This document shows positions 41,002 through 49,434 of a DNA stretch of 49,434 nucleotides, in pieces. Source of the stretch: a virus (Duplodnaviria > Caudoviricetes); IMG/VR virus record IMGVR_UViG_3300031836_000014, positions 1 to 49,434 of that record, one strand, 5' to 3'. The notes under the pieces were generated by a model. The model saw nothing but the letters and a program-made list of their open reading frames with translations. It did no database searches and was not told the origin of the DNA. Each line of letters begins with the position of its first letter. The stretch's first letter is position 1. The position numbers were made by a program, and so were the translations under genes.

Positions 41002-44000
41002 TCATGACAAGTTTCCGATTTTTACCAGTGGAGTGTTGTTCTCATCGTACACCGTAATAGTGTCACCAACCCACTCTACCCGACCACCGGTGGCCGCAGA
41101 CTTCACCTCAAAAGATCCATCAGACCCTAGGCTCCAAAGGCCGTTATCCGACGCAAGATCACCAGAGAATGTAGCATTGCCCAAGGCATCAATAGAAAAT
41201 TGTGGAGTGTCTACTATCAAATTCGCCCCATCATACTCAACACGATTGCCTTCCGGGTCTCCTAGCACACCTGTAGCAGCACTAAGCGCACCAGAGAAGG
41301 TGCCCCCAGCCGCGGATAAATCGCCAGAGAAGGTGCCCGTAGCAGCAACAAGCTCCCCACTAAACGAAGCATTGCCAGCGGCATCAACACTGAAGTTATC
41401 AGTATCTATCTCAAGCTGCGTTCCGTTGAAGTTGATGAAGTTGTCAGACCCACCCCCAAATCTGAATGTTCCGGTGCTGGTCACATTACCCGCGGCATCT
41501 ATTGTCAACTTAGTGTTTGTGAAGCTGGATGCCTCCAAGTCACCACGGAAATAGGCATTGCCAATCTCATCAATACCAAACCGCAACTTATCACCAACAG
41601 CAGCCGCGGCGTTATACCCCCACATGAGGTAGGTTGTCCCATCAATAATGAGGGGGCCGAGTCCTGTTTGATATTGTGGTGTGTTTATATTATCAACGGA
41701 TCGGATTAAGCCTTCTGATGTGATTGTCTCAGTTGCATTGATGACGCCTGCTGTAATTTTGGCAGCTGTTAGGTTTACAATCTTCTCGGACGCGACAGCA
41801 CCAGCAGCAAGGTTGGCATCAATGAACGCTCTATCAGCCGGATCAATCTCAAAAGCCCATCCGGACAATCCACTCAGGTCTTGTACTATTTTCGTTGTGA
41901 CTGAAAACTCTGCGCTGGTGTTTGTTCCAGTCTTGCCGAACAGGTCAAACGGCCTGAGTCGCACATAGTAGACAGTATCGTCGGCGAGCCCTGAGATTGA
42001 ATAGCTGTTGTCAGAGACTGTTGCCACTGGCGCTGTGGTATCAGGATCAAAGCCTTGGGTTTCGCTGATCCAAATATCAACGCCTGCAAAGTCCAAATCA
42101 TCCGGCCTCAGGTAGCTGATCTCGATAACGCTGAAACCTGGCACGACTGATAGGGCTGATAATGGGTCAGGGGCTGTGTTGCTGACATCAAGGAACGAAT
42201 CCCTAGGCGACACCTGATTTTGCCGTGTGCGCATGATGACCGATATTCTAAATTCACGGTACGCACCCTTGACGCCATAACGGCGCTTGTAGTCTTCAGC
42301 GTTTTTCTCAAAGCTGTAGATGTATGCGTTATCGGTTACATTCTCTGTCCGAACCACTTGATCATCGGCGATTATCTTGACTTCATAATCCCGAAAATAC
42401 TGATCAAGCTGAGACGCATCCGCCCCTTTCAGTCCGGCATATCCGATGCTTAACCAGTCATTAAGTGTCGATTTTCTCCAAGTGAACTTTGCATTCCGGC
42501 CAGTAAACTCAGTGTCGTTACCCTGTTCAAACAACTCAAGCCCGGACACGTTGGGCGCCGGCAGCTCCTTAAACGGATTATCTGCCGTATACTCCGGGTC
42601 AAGGACGTTGGTGGTTGTGAACAGCTTACTTATGCCGGTCTCATTGGCTACGCCAAATATATTGACCGTGCGCACCCTGATTTCATATTGGATGCCGTCT
42701 GAAAACACTTGAACCTTAGCGGTTGAATTAAACTGCCATCCGATGCGGCTGATTTCAAACCACTCAGGCTGTCCCGGCAAACGATACTCGGCAATGGCGT
42801 ATAGGTAAGCAGGGGATGCTGGCTCGTCCACGTCGATGACCAGCGTAGAGAACTGCCCGTCTGGCGTCTTTGGTGTGTTGACTTGCTCTGTAATTGTGAA
42901 GTCGTTAACGTCCGGAGATGGATCGGCGTTTATAACAACGTTTTTCTCTTCCGACCAAATCGATGCCATATTTTCGGCAATAGCCTTAACCTGCACCCAA
43001 TAGGACACACCCAGGCTCTTATCAGCGGGCAGCCTAAACTCGCCATCCGATGCGGATACAATGCCGGCGTTATTCCAAACCGTGCCATCGTCATCCACGG
43101 TCTCAAGTACGCCCTCATCCCCGGTTCTGTATCTCAGGCTGAAATATTGGATCTGTTGAGTTTCTTCGGGGTTTTTTTCGACCTGTACCGAGATAAAGCC
43201 TTGATCATAGGAATATCCGCTGTCGCTTGTGTTCACGACTGGAACAAGTGGCGCAACAAAGTCAGCCCTTGGAGAGAGCCCTGTGTTGTATGTCGGTAGG
43301 GCGGCGTCGTCTTCGTCATAGATTTCGTTGGCCGCGTTCACCAAAGTCAGAGATGCCGCGTAATCGTCCCTGTTTTCAATGCCAACGATAATACAATCAA
43401 GGCTAACCTTGCCCAGTTCGCCATAAACCGCAAGATCGCCCCTTGAAAGCGTCTGTGGTGAGCTGGAAAGCCACTCTCCATTGCCCTGATAAGTTGCATC
43501 GAACTCAGAAAAAACGGTGCCAGAGCTAACCTGGCGTACTTGGAAGTAATACGTATCGCCAACAACCGCGCCACGCTCTTCGTCCATAAAGAATGTGGTC
43601 GAAGCAGACACGTCTTGCGCTATGAAACCTTGACCCACGCCCACGTCGATCACGTCATGAGCTATCCGCACCATATCGCCACGCTCGGCAACAAGCGCTT
43701 CTATATCGGTTTCAAGTTCGTAAGTCTCACGCCTTAGCTTTTGCTCAAATAAAGTGAATCTGGCGTGTCTTTGCGCAAGCGCCGGACCGGTGACGCCCCA
43801 AAATTCGATAGTCTGAAAGGTTCCAGTTACTTCAACCCCCGCCAGTGGCTGAGCCGGGTCGTTGTTGGCAAACTTGTACGGATCGTAGTATGTGCTTTCG
43901 TCAACTTGATCTTCACGGTCTGCGTTCTGGAATTTAAACTTGATACCGTCATAGCTGGGCGGGAAATCCCTGCGCGATTTCAGGTTGGATGAATTTTTGG

Positions 44001-45714
44001 GCGTAAAAATCTGCTTAGGCGTTGTCCGTTTGATCTTTTGGACTACTGAGAACTTTCCCTCACGATAAGAAAAATCGGCGCGACCAGTGAAAGCGATGTT
44101 CCCCAGAACCTTGCGAATTGTCTCTTCATAGTTGACGTATTCTGACGTCTCCCACCCTTCAAAAAAGCAGCGGTCGCGCCAGTCTTCAAGCTCCACCAAA
44201 TCAATCTTGTCGTTTGAGGTCCTGACCTTGCTGGCGTTGCCCTGTATAGCCCATCGGTAAAGCTCTGCCGGGTTGCTTGACGGCTTCATCGGCTCTGTAG
44301 CGATGTCAATTGCTGACCACTCTTTAGACCAATCAACAGGCACAACGGATTGAACCTGACAATTTAGGTTGTCAATAACGCCATTGAGCTGATCGGTGGC
44401 CCGGACTCTAAGGGCAATAATGGCAGGCTTAAAGTCGGGATTGTCATTGCTGACACCGAAGGACTTTAGGAAGCCTGAAAGGCTGAACTCTTGCTCGGAT
44501 TTGATGCTTAACCATTGAGCGGTTTTGCGATCGTTTGAGCTGCCTATGTCTTCATTTATTGCTTTTCTTACCCTGAAGGAAACATTCCCCACGATTGGAT
44601 TGCCAGAAAGGTCGACAGGTGCAACCCGAAATCCGCGAACAAAGAATGCCGATGTTTTCTCCCATGCACCGATAGTATTTATTCTATGTGGGACGGATGC
44701 GCTAAACAGCGCCAGGTTTTGCGCGGAATCATAGTACGCAAGATATGACGTTATATCGGTTAAGTTGTATCCAGCCGGCCTATACCCGCTGAAAATATCA
44801 CCGCTGCCGGGCCTAACAACATAAAACCGATTACCATCTCTAAATAATCTGCCCGTAATAGTATGACTGGCAGTGCCAGTTATTGGTCTAGCTACCACAT
44901 ACCAGCTTGCGCCTATCTGATACTGTATTTCAATCGCATCTCCACGATGACTGGTCTGCCCTCTCAGGCCTTGAGGCCAAGCAATATCAATTGAAACTGC
45001 CTGAGCATCTGCTGCTGACGTTCTTGTTATAAAGCTGTCAAAATGAAGCTCCGAGGACACATTTTCTTGAACAACGCCAGCTTTCCAAACTGGCAGCAAA
45101 GAGCTGTAGTCCTTGTTGTTGTAGTTATCAACAACCTCATAGCTTACTTCTTCGTACTGTTCTATAGGCGTATCGCCAATCTGCACATCGGTCACGCTCA
45201 GTGGCCCGATACCAACGCACAGAAGCATGTTCAGGTATTCCTGATTGCCCGCCCAATCGGTATACGGCGGCGCTGCATGCGGCGGCGTTGTTTGACGCTT
45301 ACCCAGCACAGAGGGAACAGGATCGTACTTGGTGGCCTCGTTTCGCGGCCCAGAGATGCGGTTAGCGCGTTCGTCTGAGCCAGGCCCTTCTGGTGGTTTA
45401 AACAGCAACGATGATGTAGCAACGATGACCACTGAAATGGCGATTGCAATATACGCAAGGGCTGTTCCGGAGATCCCTGGAACCTGAATAATCAGAACAC
45501 TATCGCCAGCCTTAACAACAGTAGACCAATCCTCTACCCATTCCCCGTTAACTTGGGCCTTGGTGTAATCTCTGGACAGTCCCGAATACCGGTTGTAGAT
45601 ATCTTCAATGGTGCAACCACTATCAACTGTCTCATGAATAGGCGAAAGGATCGGGGCCTTGCTGACCCAAACGTCTACTTGAGACGGTGAAAGCTCTGAA
45701 TTCTTCGCTGCCAT
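41002..45714 (-). CDS. Central tail fibre / tail tip host-specificity protein (lambda J-like)
   Basis: 1570 aa; N.A..Y.PVP.VLG.....PP.AA.PYT, AL.V.ATDQLNG.IDNLN, RGD.V..AHDV, FN3-like repeats (YYVRLR..D.FG), GTFSG.L.AA repeats. Confidence 0.9.
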   Translation of the reverse strand: MAAKNSELSPSQVDVWVSKAPILSPIHETVDSGCTIEDIYNRYSGLSRDYTKAQVNGEWVEDWSTVVKAGDSVLIIQVPGISGTALAYIAIAISVVIVATSSLLFKPPEGPGSDERANRISGPRNEATKYDPVPSVLGKRQTTPPHAAPPYTDWAGNQEYLNMLLCVGIGPLSVTDVQIGDTPIEQYEEVSYEVVDNYNNKDYSSLLPVWKAGVVQENVSSELHFDSFITRTSAADAQAVSIDIAWPQGLRGQTSHRGDAIEIQYQIGASWYVVARPITGTASHTITGRLFRDGNRFYVVRPGSGDIFSGYRPAGYNLTDITSYLAYYDSAQNLALFSASVPHRINTIGAWEKTSAFFVRGFRVAPVDLSGNPIVGNVSFRVRKAINEDIGSSNDRKTAQWLSIKSEQEFSLSGFLKSFGVSNDNPDFKPAIIALRVRATDQLNGVIDNLNCQVQSVVPVDWSKEWSAIDIATEPMKPSSNPAELYRWAIQGNASKVRTSNDKIDLVELEDWRDRCFFEGWETSEYVNYEETIRKVLGNIAFTGRADFSYREGKFSVVQKIKRTTPKQIFTPKNSSNLKSRRDFPPSYDGIKFKFQNADREDQVDESTYYDPYKFANNDPAQPLAGVEVTGTFQTIEFWGVTGPALAQRHARFTLFEQKLRRETYELETDIEALVAERGDMVRIAHDVIDVGVGQGFIAQDVSASTTFFMDEERGAVVGDTYYFQVRQVSSGTVFSEFDATYQGNGEWLSSSPQTLSRGDLAVYGELGKVSLDCIIVGIENRDDYAASLTLVNAANEIYDEDDAALPTYNTGLSPRADFVAPLVPVVNTSDSGYSYDQGFISVQVEKNPEETQQIQYFSLRYRTGDEGVLETVDDDGTVWNNAGIVSASDGEFRLPADKSLGVSYWVQVKAIAENMASIWSEEKNVVINADPSPDVNDFTITEQVNTPKTPDGQFSTLVIDVDEPASPAYLYAIAEYRLPGQPEWFEISRIGWQFNSTAKVQVFSDGIQYEIRVRTVNIFGVANETGISKLFTTTNVLDPEYTADNPFKELPAPNVSGLELFEQGNDTEFTGRNAKFTWRKSTLNDWLSIGYAGLKGADASQLDQYFRDYEVKIIADDQVVRTENVTDNAYIYSFEKNAEDYKRRYGVKGAYREFRISVIMRTRQNQVSPRDSFLDVSNTAPDPLSALSVVPGFSVIEISYLRPDDLDFAGVDIWISETQGFDPDTTAPVATVSDNSYSISGLADDTVYYVRLRPFDLFGKTGTNTSAEFSVTTKIVQDLSGLSGWAFEIDPADRAFIDANLAAGAVASEKIVNLTAAKITAGVINATETITSEGLIRSVDNINTPQYQTGLGPLIIDGTTYLMWGYNAAAAVGDKLRFGIDEIGNAYFRGDLEASSFTNTKLTIDAAGNVTSTGTFRFGGGSDNFINFNGTQLEIDTDNFSVDAAGNASFSGELVAATGTFSGDLSAAGGTFSGALSAATGVLGDPEGNRVEYDGANLIVDTPQFSIDALGNATFSGDLASDNGLWSLGSDGSFEVKSAATGGRVEWVGDTITVYDENNTPLVKIGNLS

Positions 45715-46088
45715 TTTAGCCCCGTAAATCGTTCAATAACTGGATAGGTTGATTGTGGCATGGCGTGTAGCATTTCGTTTTTGCTAACCACAATGCCTAC
45801 ATGGATCGGCAATCCGATTATATTACATAACACCACATCACCGAACTCTATAGATTGCACTTCCCTGAATGCACCAACGGTTTCTTTTATCCGTCTTGCA
45901 CCCTCAGCCGTATTGACATAATGGTCTGTCTTATCCGGTACAACGTCGTCAAAAGTGGGAAGCTCGACGTTGAAATGTTTTCGATAGAACAATACGACCA
46001 GTCCCCAGCAGTCCGCGCCCGCTTCTGAGCGACCGCCGGCCAGATAAGGCACTGAAAACACCCAATCAATCAACCGCCACTCTCCCAT
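45675..46088 (-). CDS. NlpC/P60 tail tip protein (lambda K-like); real start may be TTG near 46073
   Basis: PY..GGRS..GADCWGLV, GDVVL, HVGIV, MLHA. Confidence 0.88.
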   Translation of the reverse strand: MGEWRLIDWVFSVPYLAGGRSEAGADCWGLVVLFYRKHFNVELPTFDDVVPDKTDHYVNTAEGARRIKETVGAFREVQSIEFGDVVLCNIIGLPIHVGIVVSKNEMLHAMPQSTYPVIERFTGLKWQRRIQSFHRLK

Positions 46089-46555
46089 AGAGCCGGAAAC
46101 AGCTCGGGTGTGAATCGGTAGCCTGGGAACTGAACGTCAAGGATGGGCTCAGAGACGAGCGACATTGAAACCGAGTTGGCAGATATATCAACTGAGCCTG
46201 ACTCAAACGAGGAGGGACCGAACTCGACTATGTTTGGCGCGGAGGCCAAAACCACCCATAAATCAATCAGGATTCTGTTATTTGCGGATCTCAGGGCCCG
46301 GACGGTCTGAATGTCACCGGTTTCAAATTGAATCGTTGCTGAAGGCGCCGAATCTGAGTCCTTATCCTCTGGCAGCGATATATTGAACATGCCTCGCTGA
46401 TAGGTCTGAGTAATCCCTGAAACGTTACTTTGTATCGACTCTGTGTTGTTGACGAAGTAGTACAGCGTTCCGTCGATATTGACCCGAAGAAGAGTCAAAA
46501 CCGGATCGCCACCGCCACGATACGCCTGATTAACAAATGTATCTGACATAGGCAT
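46070..46555 (-). CDS. Tail tip protein (DUF1833 / lambda L-like)
   Basis: VNNTE.I, F.ISLPED, VLAS.P..VE.GP, FP..RFTP..FPAL. Confidence 0.8.
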   Translation of the reverse strand: MPMSDTFVNQAYRGGGDPVLTLLRVNIDGTLYYFVNNTESIQSNVSGITQTYQRGMFNISLPEDKDSDSAPSATIQFETGDIQTVRALRSANNRILIDLWVVLASAPNIVEFGPSSFESGSVDISANSVSMSLVSEPILDVQFPGYRFTPELFPALWESGG

Positions 46556-46902
46556 TATGGCAACTTCTCCAAATTGACTGTTAGTCTCACCAGGTCATTA
46601 CTTAAAAACTCGCGACTGTATGGCCCGGTGAATTTATACAGTCGATCAGTTCCGCTCTCATAGTCCGGCTTATCGAACTCAAGCGCCCCGTTCGACAGCG
46701 TAGAAAAGTAAAACGTTTTGAAAGTATCGAATTGGGTCTTGCTGATCACATACCGCTCGGAAACGGTATGTAGGACGGCTGTAAACCTGTTTCTCTGTTT
46801 TGTGTAGCCGTCAAAGCTAGACCTTAAAACACTGTCTTGCGGCTGGTCTTCGTAGCCATCAACGTCCGGGTATTGCGGCAAGCTTGCTGGCCATGTTGCC
46901 AT
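46555..46902 (-). CDS. Distal tail protein (lambda M-like)
   Basis: WPASLP.P...GY.......LRS....G..KQR.RFT, F..FY..TL..G.L.F, LE.LP. Confidence 0.8.
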   Translation of the reverse strand: MATWPASLPQYPDVDGYEDQPQDSVLRSSFDGYTKQRNRFTAVLHTVSERYVISKTQFDTFKTFYFSTLSNGALEFDKPDYESGTDRLYKFTGPYSREFLSNDLVRLTVNLEKLP

Positions 46903-46904
46903 CG

Positions 46905-49434
46905 TTAAACTCTCCTTGCTTTTCTACGCATGCCAAAAGAGGATTCCATTTGGCGGTCATACTCGCCGCTCTGGATGTCTTCTCTCATAACATTGCGGAT
47001 CAGAACCCTGATTTGTTTGTCGCCGCCTGGGCCTTGCGTTTCTTGTGTTTGGTATTCGTGATTGCCGCTCGTCATGTCGTTTATCTGCACCGTGACACCG
47101 CCGCCGCCGCCACCGCTCGTGCCCTTACTTTTGGTGTGGTCAATAACGGTTTCGTTAGGATGCAGAATTGCAGGAAAACCGCCCTTACCGTCCACTCCGC
47201 CAGACCTTGGGCCCGACCCTGTGTAGCCGCCCCCCTCAAAACTCCCGCCTATCAGTGCATAAGCGGCGACCAGCGCAGCACCGCCGACCACCGCCGCTGC
47301 GCCAAACGAGCCAATCGAGGCCACCAGTGCTGCCGGCAACCATGCAGCAGCCGTAGTGCCCGCCGCGGCTACCTGTGTGGCCGTGGTGGCTGTGGTCGCC
47401 GCGATACTGGCCGTAGCCGCAACAGTGGTTCCGGCAACGCTGGCCGCCGATTTGGTTGCCTCGGAAGCCACGACAGCGGCCGTTTCGGTGCCGATGCCAG
47501 CCATTTTCAGCGCTTGGAGTGCCGCCCACTGCGCAATCATTTGACCAATAGCGTTGACTACCGACCTGATCATGGTTCGCGCTAATCCCTTTAGCGCTTC
47601 TTCGGTGTTCTCTGAGTCCAATATCACGGCCTCAAATGCGTCTCCAAAACTACGAGTGAAATTGTCAATCACCGTTTTTGAGAGATCATCAAAATTAGTT
47701 AGATTTCTTTCAGCTGACTCCATCCACTGCTGCCAATAGGTCTCTTCTACCTCGAAGCGCTTACTTGCCCCTTCGCCGGCAATCTCTATCATCCGTGTCG
47801 TATGCTCTGAAAACGCAGCCTCCCTAAACCTTTCCTTCTCGGCAGCGCTAGTATTAAACGCATCAATTGCATCAATCTGATCGGCATAGCGGTCAAATTC
47901 TGCAAAAGCCGGGTCAAGCTCGCGGCGCATTTCAGACAGCGCATCCTCCTGTTTGCGCTGCTCTTCAATGGCCCGGGATGCCTTAAGCGTGTTGACGGCC
48001 AAGTCAAACTGTGCCTGAGAGGCCACATTAGATGCCAGCTTGTGCCGCAGCAACTGCTCTTCGTTCAGCGTTAGCTGTAGATACTCGTCCTGCAGCCCGG
48101 ATATTATTTTTTGGACTGCATCGTTGGCTGATTGGGCCTCCCTTTTATTACTCGCTGATGCGGCGTCGGCCAACTTGTCACGGCGAGCCTCCAGCTGGTC
48201 GTAAACCTCTGTCATAGCCTTGCCGGTAGCTTTAAGAACTGCGAGCTCTTCCTCTACGCCTGCAAGCTGCATGGTGGCTGCACCGGGGCGGCCTTGGTTT
48301 GCAATGTCTTGCTGCTTTTTCTTTTTAGTGTAATTTTCTAATTGCGCTGACGCCGTAGCCGTAGCAATAGCATTCTCTGCCATCTGCTGGTTTAAATTCT
48401 GCATATTGCTTTCGGCTACAGCCATGGTCATGTCGTCGATGGTCTCGCCCATCTTGCGCACTTCTTTTTCAGCGTCAGACGCCGCTACTTCCGTCGCAAA
48501 CAGCGCATCACGGAAGTAGTACAGGGATGCGGCAGCTATTAACGCAACACCGATTGGACCGCCCACGAAAGCCATGGCAGCAGACGCTGCCCGGGCAGTC
48601 ACTGCAAGCACGGTATTCGCCCTTGATGCGGCATGTGCGGCCGCAGCGTAAGCAGTTGTGGCAGCGGTCGCTGCAGTCGTGGCTGTGGCATTTTGTGCAG
48701 ACGCTAACGCGGCCAGTCTGGTTGTCGATGCCTCTGCGGCTCTGGCGCTTGTTAATTTAGCTGTCGCAACAGAAAGCTGGTTTGTTAAAGCAGATTCTGA
48801 AACTCTCAGTTCAGCCATTCTGGCAACAGATTTCTGTACGCCAAGAGCGGTTATCTGAGATCTTATGCGCTGAGCCTCTAAGGCTTTTTCTGAAGAAATA
48901 GCCGCCAAAGTTGCACTAAACCGCTCCACATTTTGCGCCGCCACTTGTCGGGCTATTACAGAATCCTGCACGGCGATTCTGGCACGAGATGCTGCTGATG
49001 CGCTTTCCGCAGCAGCCCGCCTTAAGGCCACCGCGGTTGCTGATTGCTCTGCGGCAGATAATCTTAGCGTAGCTCCAGCTAACTGAAGATTCGCGGCTTG
49101 ATTCTTAACTGCTCCTACAGACGCTGCAATCATTGCTGATGCAAATTTTCCGCCAAACACAATCGCTGCCGGGCCGGCAACGGTCACCAAGTTGTCGATG
49201 TTTTCCGACAGCAAAACAATGGCCGCGCCAGCGGTACCCACAGACTCCGATATAGCGCTGTTTGTGCCCACCCACTCAAGAACTTTATTGTTTGCTACTG
49301 CTATGTTCTGGCTGAACGTGGCAATGGTTTTGCTGAAATTTCGGTCAATTTCTTCAGATGCTTGCTGCAGGGCTTTAACCACAATTTCTGCGGTGATGCC
49401 GCCTTCAGCTGCGAATGCCCTTAGCTCGCCAATT
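46905..49434 (-). CDS. Tail tape measure protein, C-terminal part (open to the window end)
   Basis: Frame is open from 49433: IGELRAFAAEGGITAEIVVKAL...; Ala-rich helical; FEGGGYTG.G.R.GGVDGKGGF.AILHPNETV C-terminal motif. Confidence 0.93.
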   Translation of the reverse strand, partial: IGELRAFAAEGGITAEIVVKALQQASEEIDRNFSKTIATFSQNIAVANNKVLEWVGTNSAISESVGTAGAAIVLLSENIDNLVTVAGPAAIVFGGKFASAMIAASVGAVKNQAANLQLAGATLRLSAAEQSATAVALRRAAAESASAASRARIAVQDSVIARQVAAQNVERFSATLAAISSEKALEAQRIRSQITALGVQKSVARMAELRVSESALTNQLSVATAKLTSARAAEASTTRLAALASAQNATATTAATAATTAYAAAAHAASRANTVLAVTARAASAAMAFVGGPIGVALIAAASLYYFRDALFATEVAASDAEKEVRKMGETIDDMTMAVAESNMQNLNQQMAENAIATATASAQLENYTKKKKQQDIANQGRPGAATMQLAGVEEELAVLKATGKAMTEVYDQLEARRDKLADAASASNKREAQSANDAVQKIISGLQDEYLQLTLNEEQLLRHKLASNVASQAQFDLAVNTLKASRAIEEQRKQEDALSEMRRELDPAFAEFDRYADQIDAIDAFNTSAAEKERFREAAFSEHTTRMIEIAGEGASKRFEVEETYWQQWMESAERNLTNFDDLSKTVIDNFTRSFGDAFEAVILDSENTEEALKGLARTMIRSVVNAIGQMIAQWAALQALKMAGIGTETAAVVASEATKSAASVAGTTVAATASIAATTATTATQVAAAGTTAAAWLPAALVASIGSFGAAAVVGGAALVAAYALIGGSFEGGGYTGSGPRSGGVDGKGGFPAILHPNETVIDHTKSKGTSGGGGGGVTVQINDMTSGNHEYQTQETQGPGGDKQIRVLIRNVMREDIQSGEYDRQMESSFGMRRKARRV

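Noticed and set aside
37898-45714. Second DGR target (another VR) in fibre or tail-tip genes
   Set aside because: No further copy of the TR constant sequence (GGTTGGCGGCCGGCC) was seen by eye and the C-termini lack the GWRP motif; a formal search of TR against the genome would settle it.

Overview
The window is an almost complete, circularly permuted genome (~49.5 kb) of a lambdoid-type long-tailed (sipho) phage, probably of a Gammaproteobacterium (host is inference). Both ends fall inside the tape measure gene and, judging from the protein motif, only about 60-70 nt appear to be missing. The - strand carries cro, HNH, acb2, an antirepressor, replication genes (O-like with iterons, DnaC-like), a DNA methyltransferase, nin-region genes, Q, lysis genes, terminase, portal, head, neck and tail genes. 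The + strand carries cI and the early recombination operon (RecT, HNH, YqaJ exonuclease, DEDDh exonuclease, mosaic small genes). The strongest signal is a complete diversity-generating retroelement (target-VR, hairpin, avd, TR, RT) at the end of the tail-fibre module. TR and VR align over 97 bp with 18 mismatches, all at TR adenines, and the target has an unusual architecture resembling, from memory, phiKZ-type virion proteins. Other notable observations: no integrase or cII, a cI whose expected ATG reads ATA, and a broken peptidase-M15-like remnant at the module junction, together suggesting a temperate phage turned lytic; tandem LexA boxes at the late/lysis promoter; an Acb2 anti-CBASS sponge; an HNH insertion that replaced the 5' end of the methyltransferase; a -1 frameshift in the tail chaperone; a solo IS200/IS605-type end; a SutA-like ORF; and a putative outer-membrane beta-barrel downstream of the DGR. 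All family assignments come from motif recognition by eye; no database search was run.
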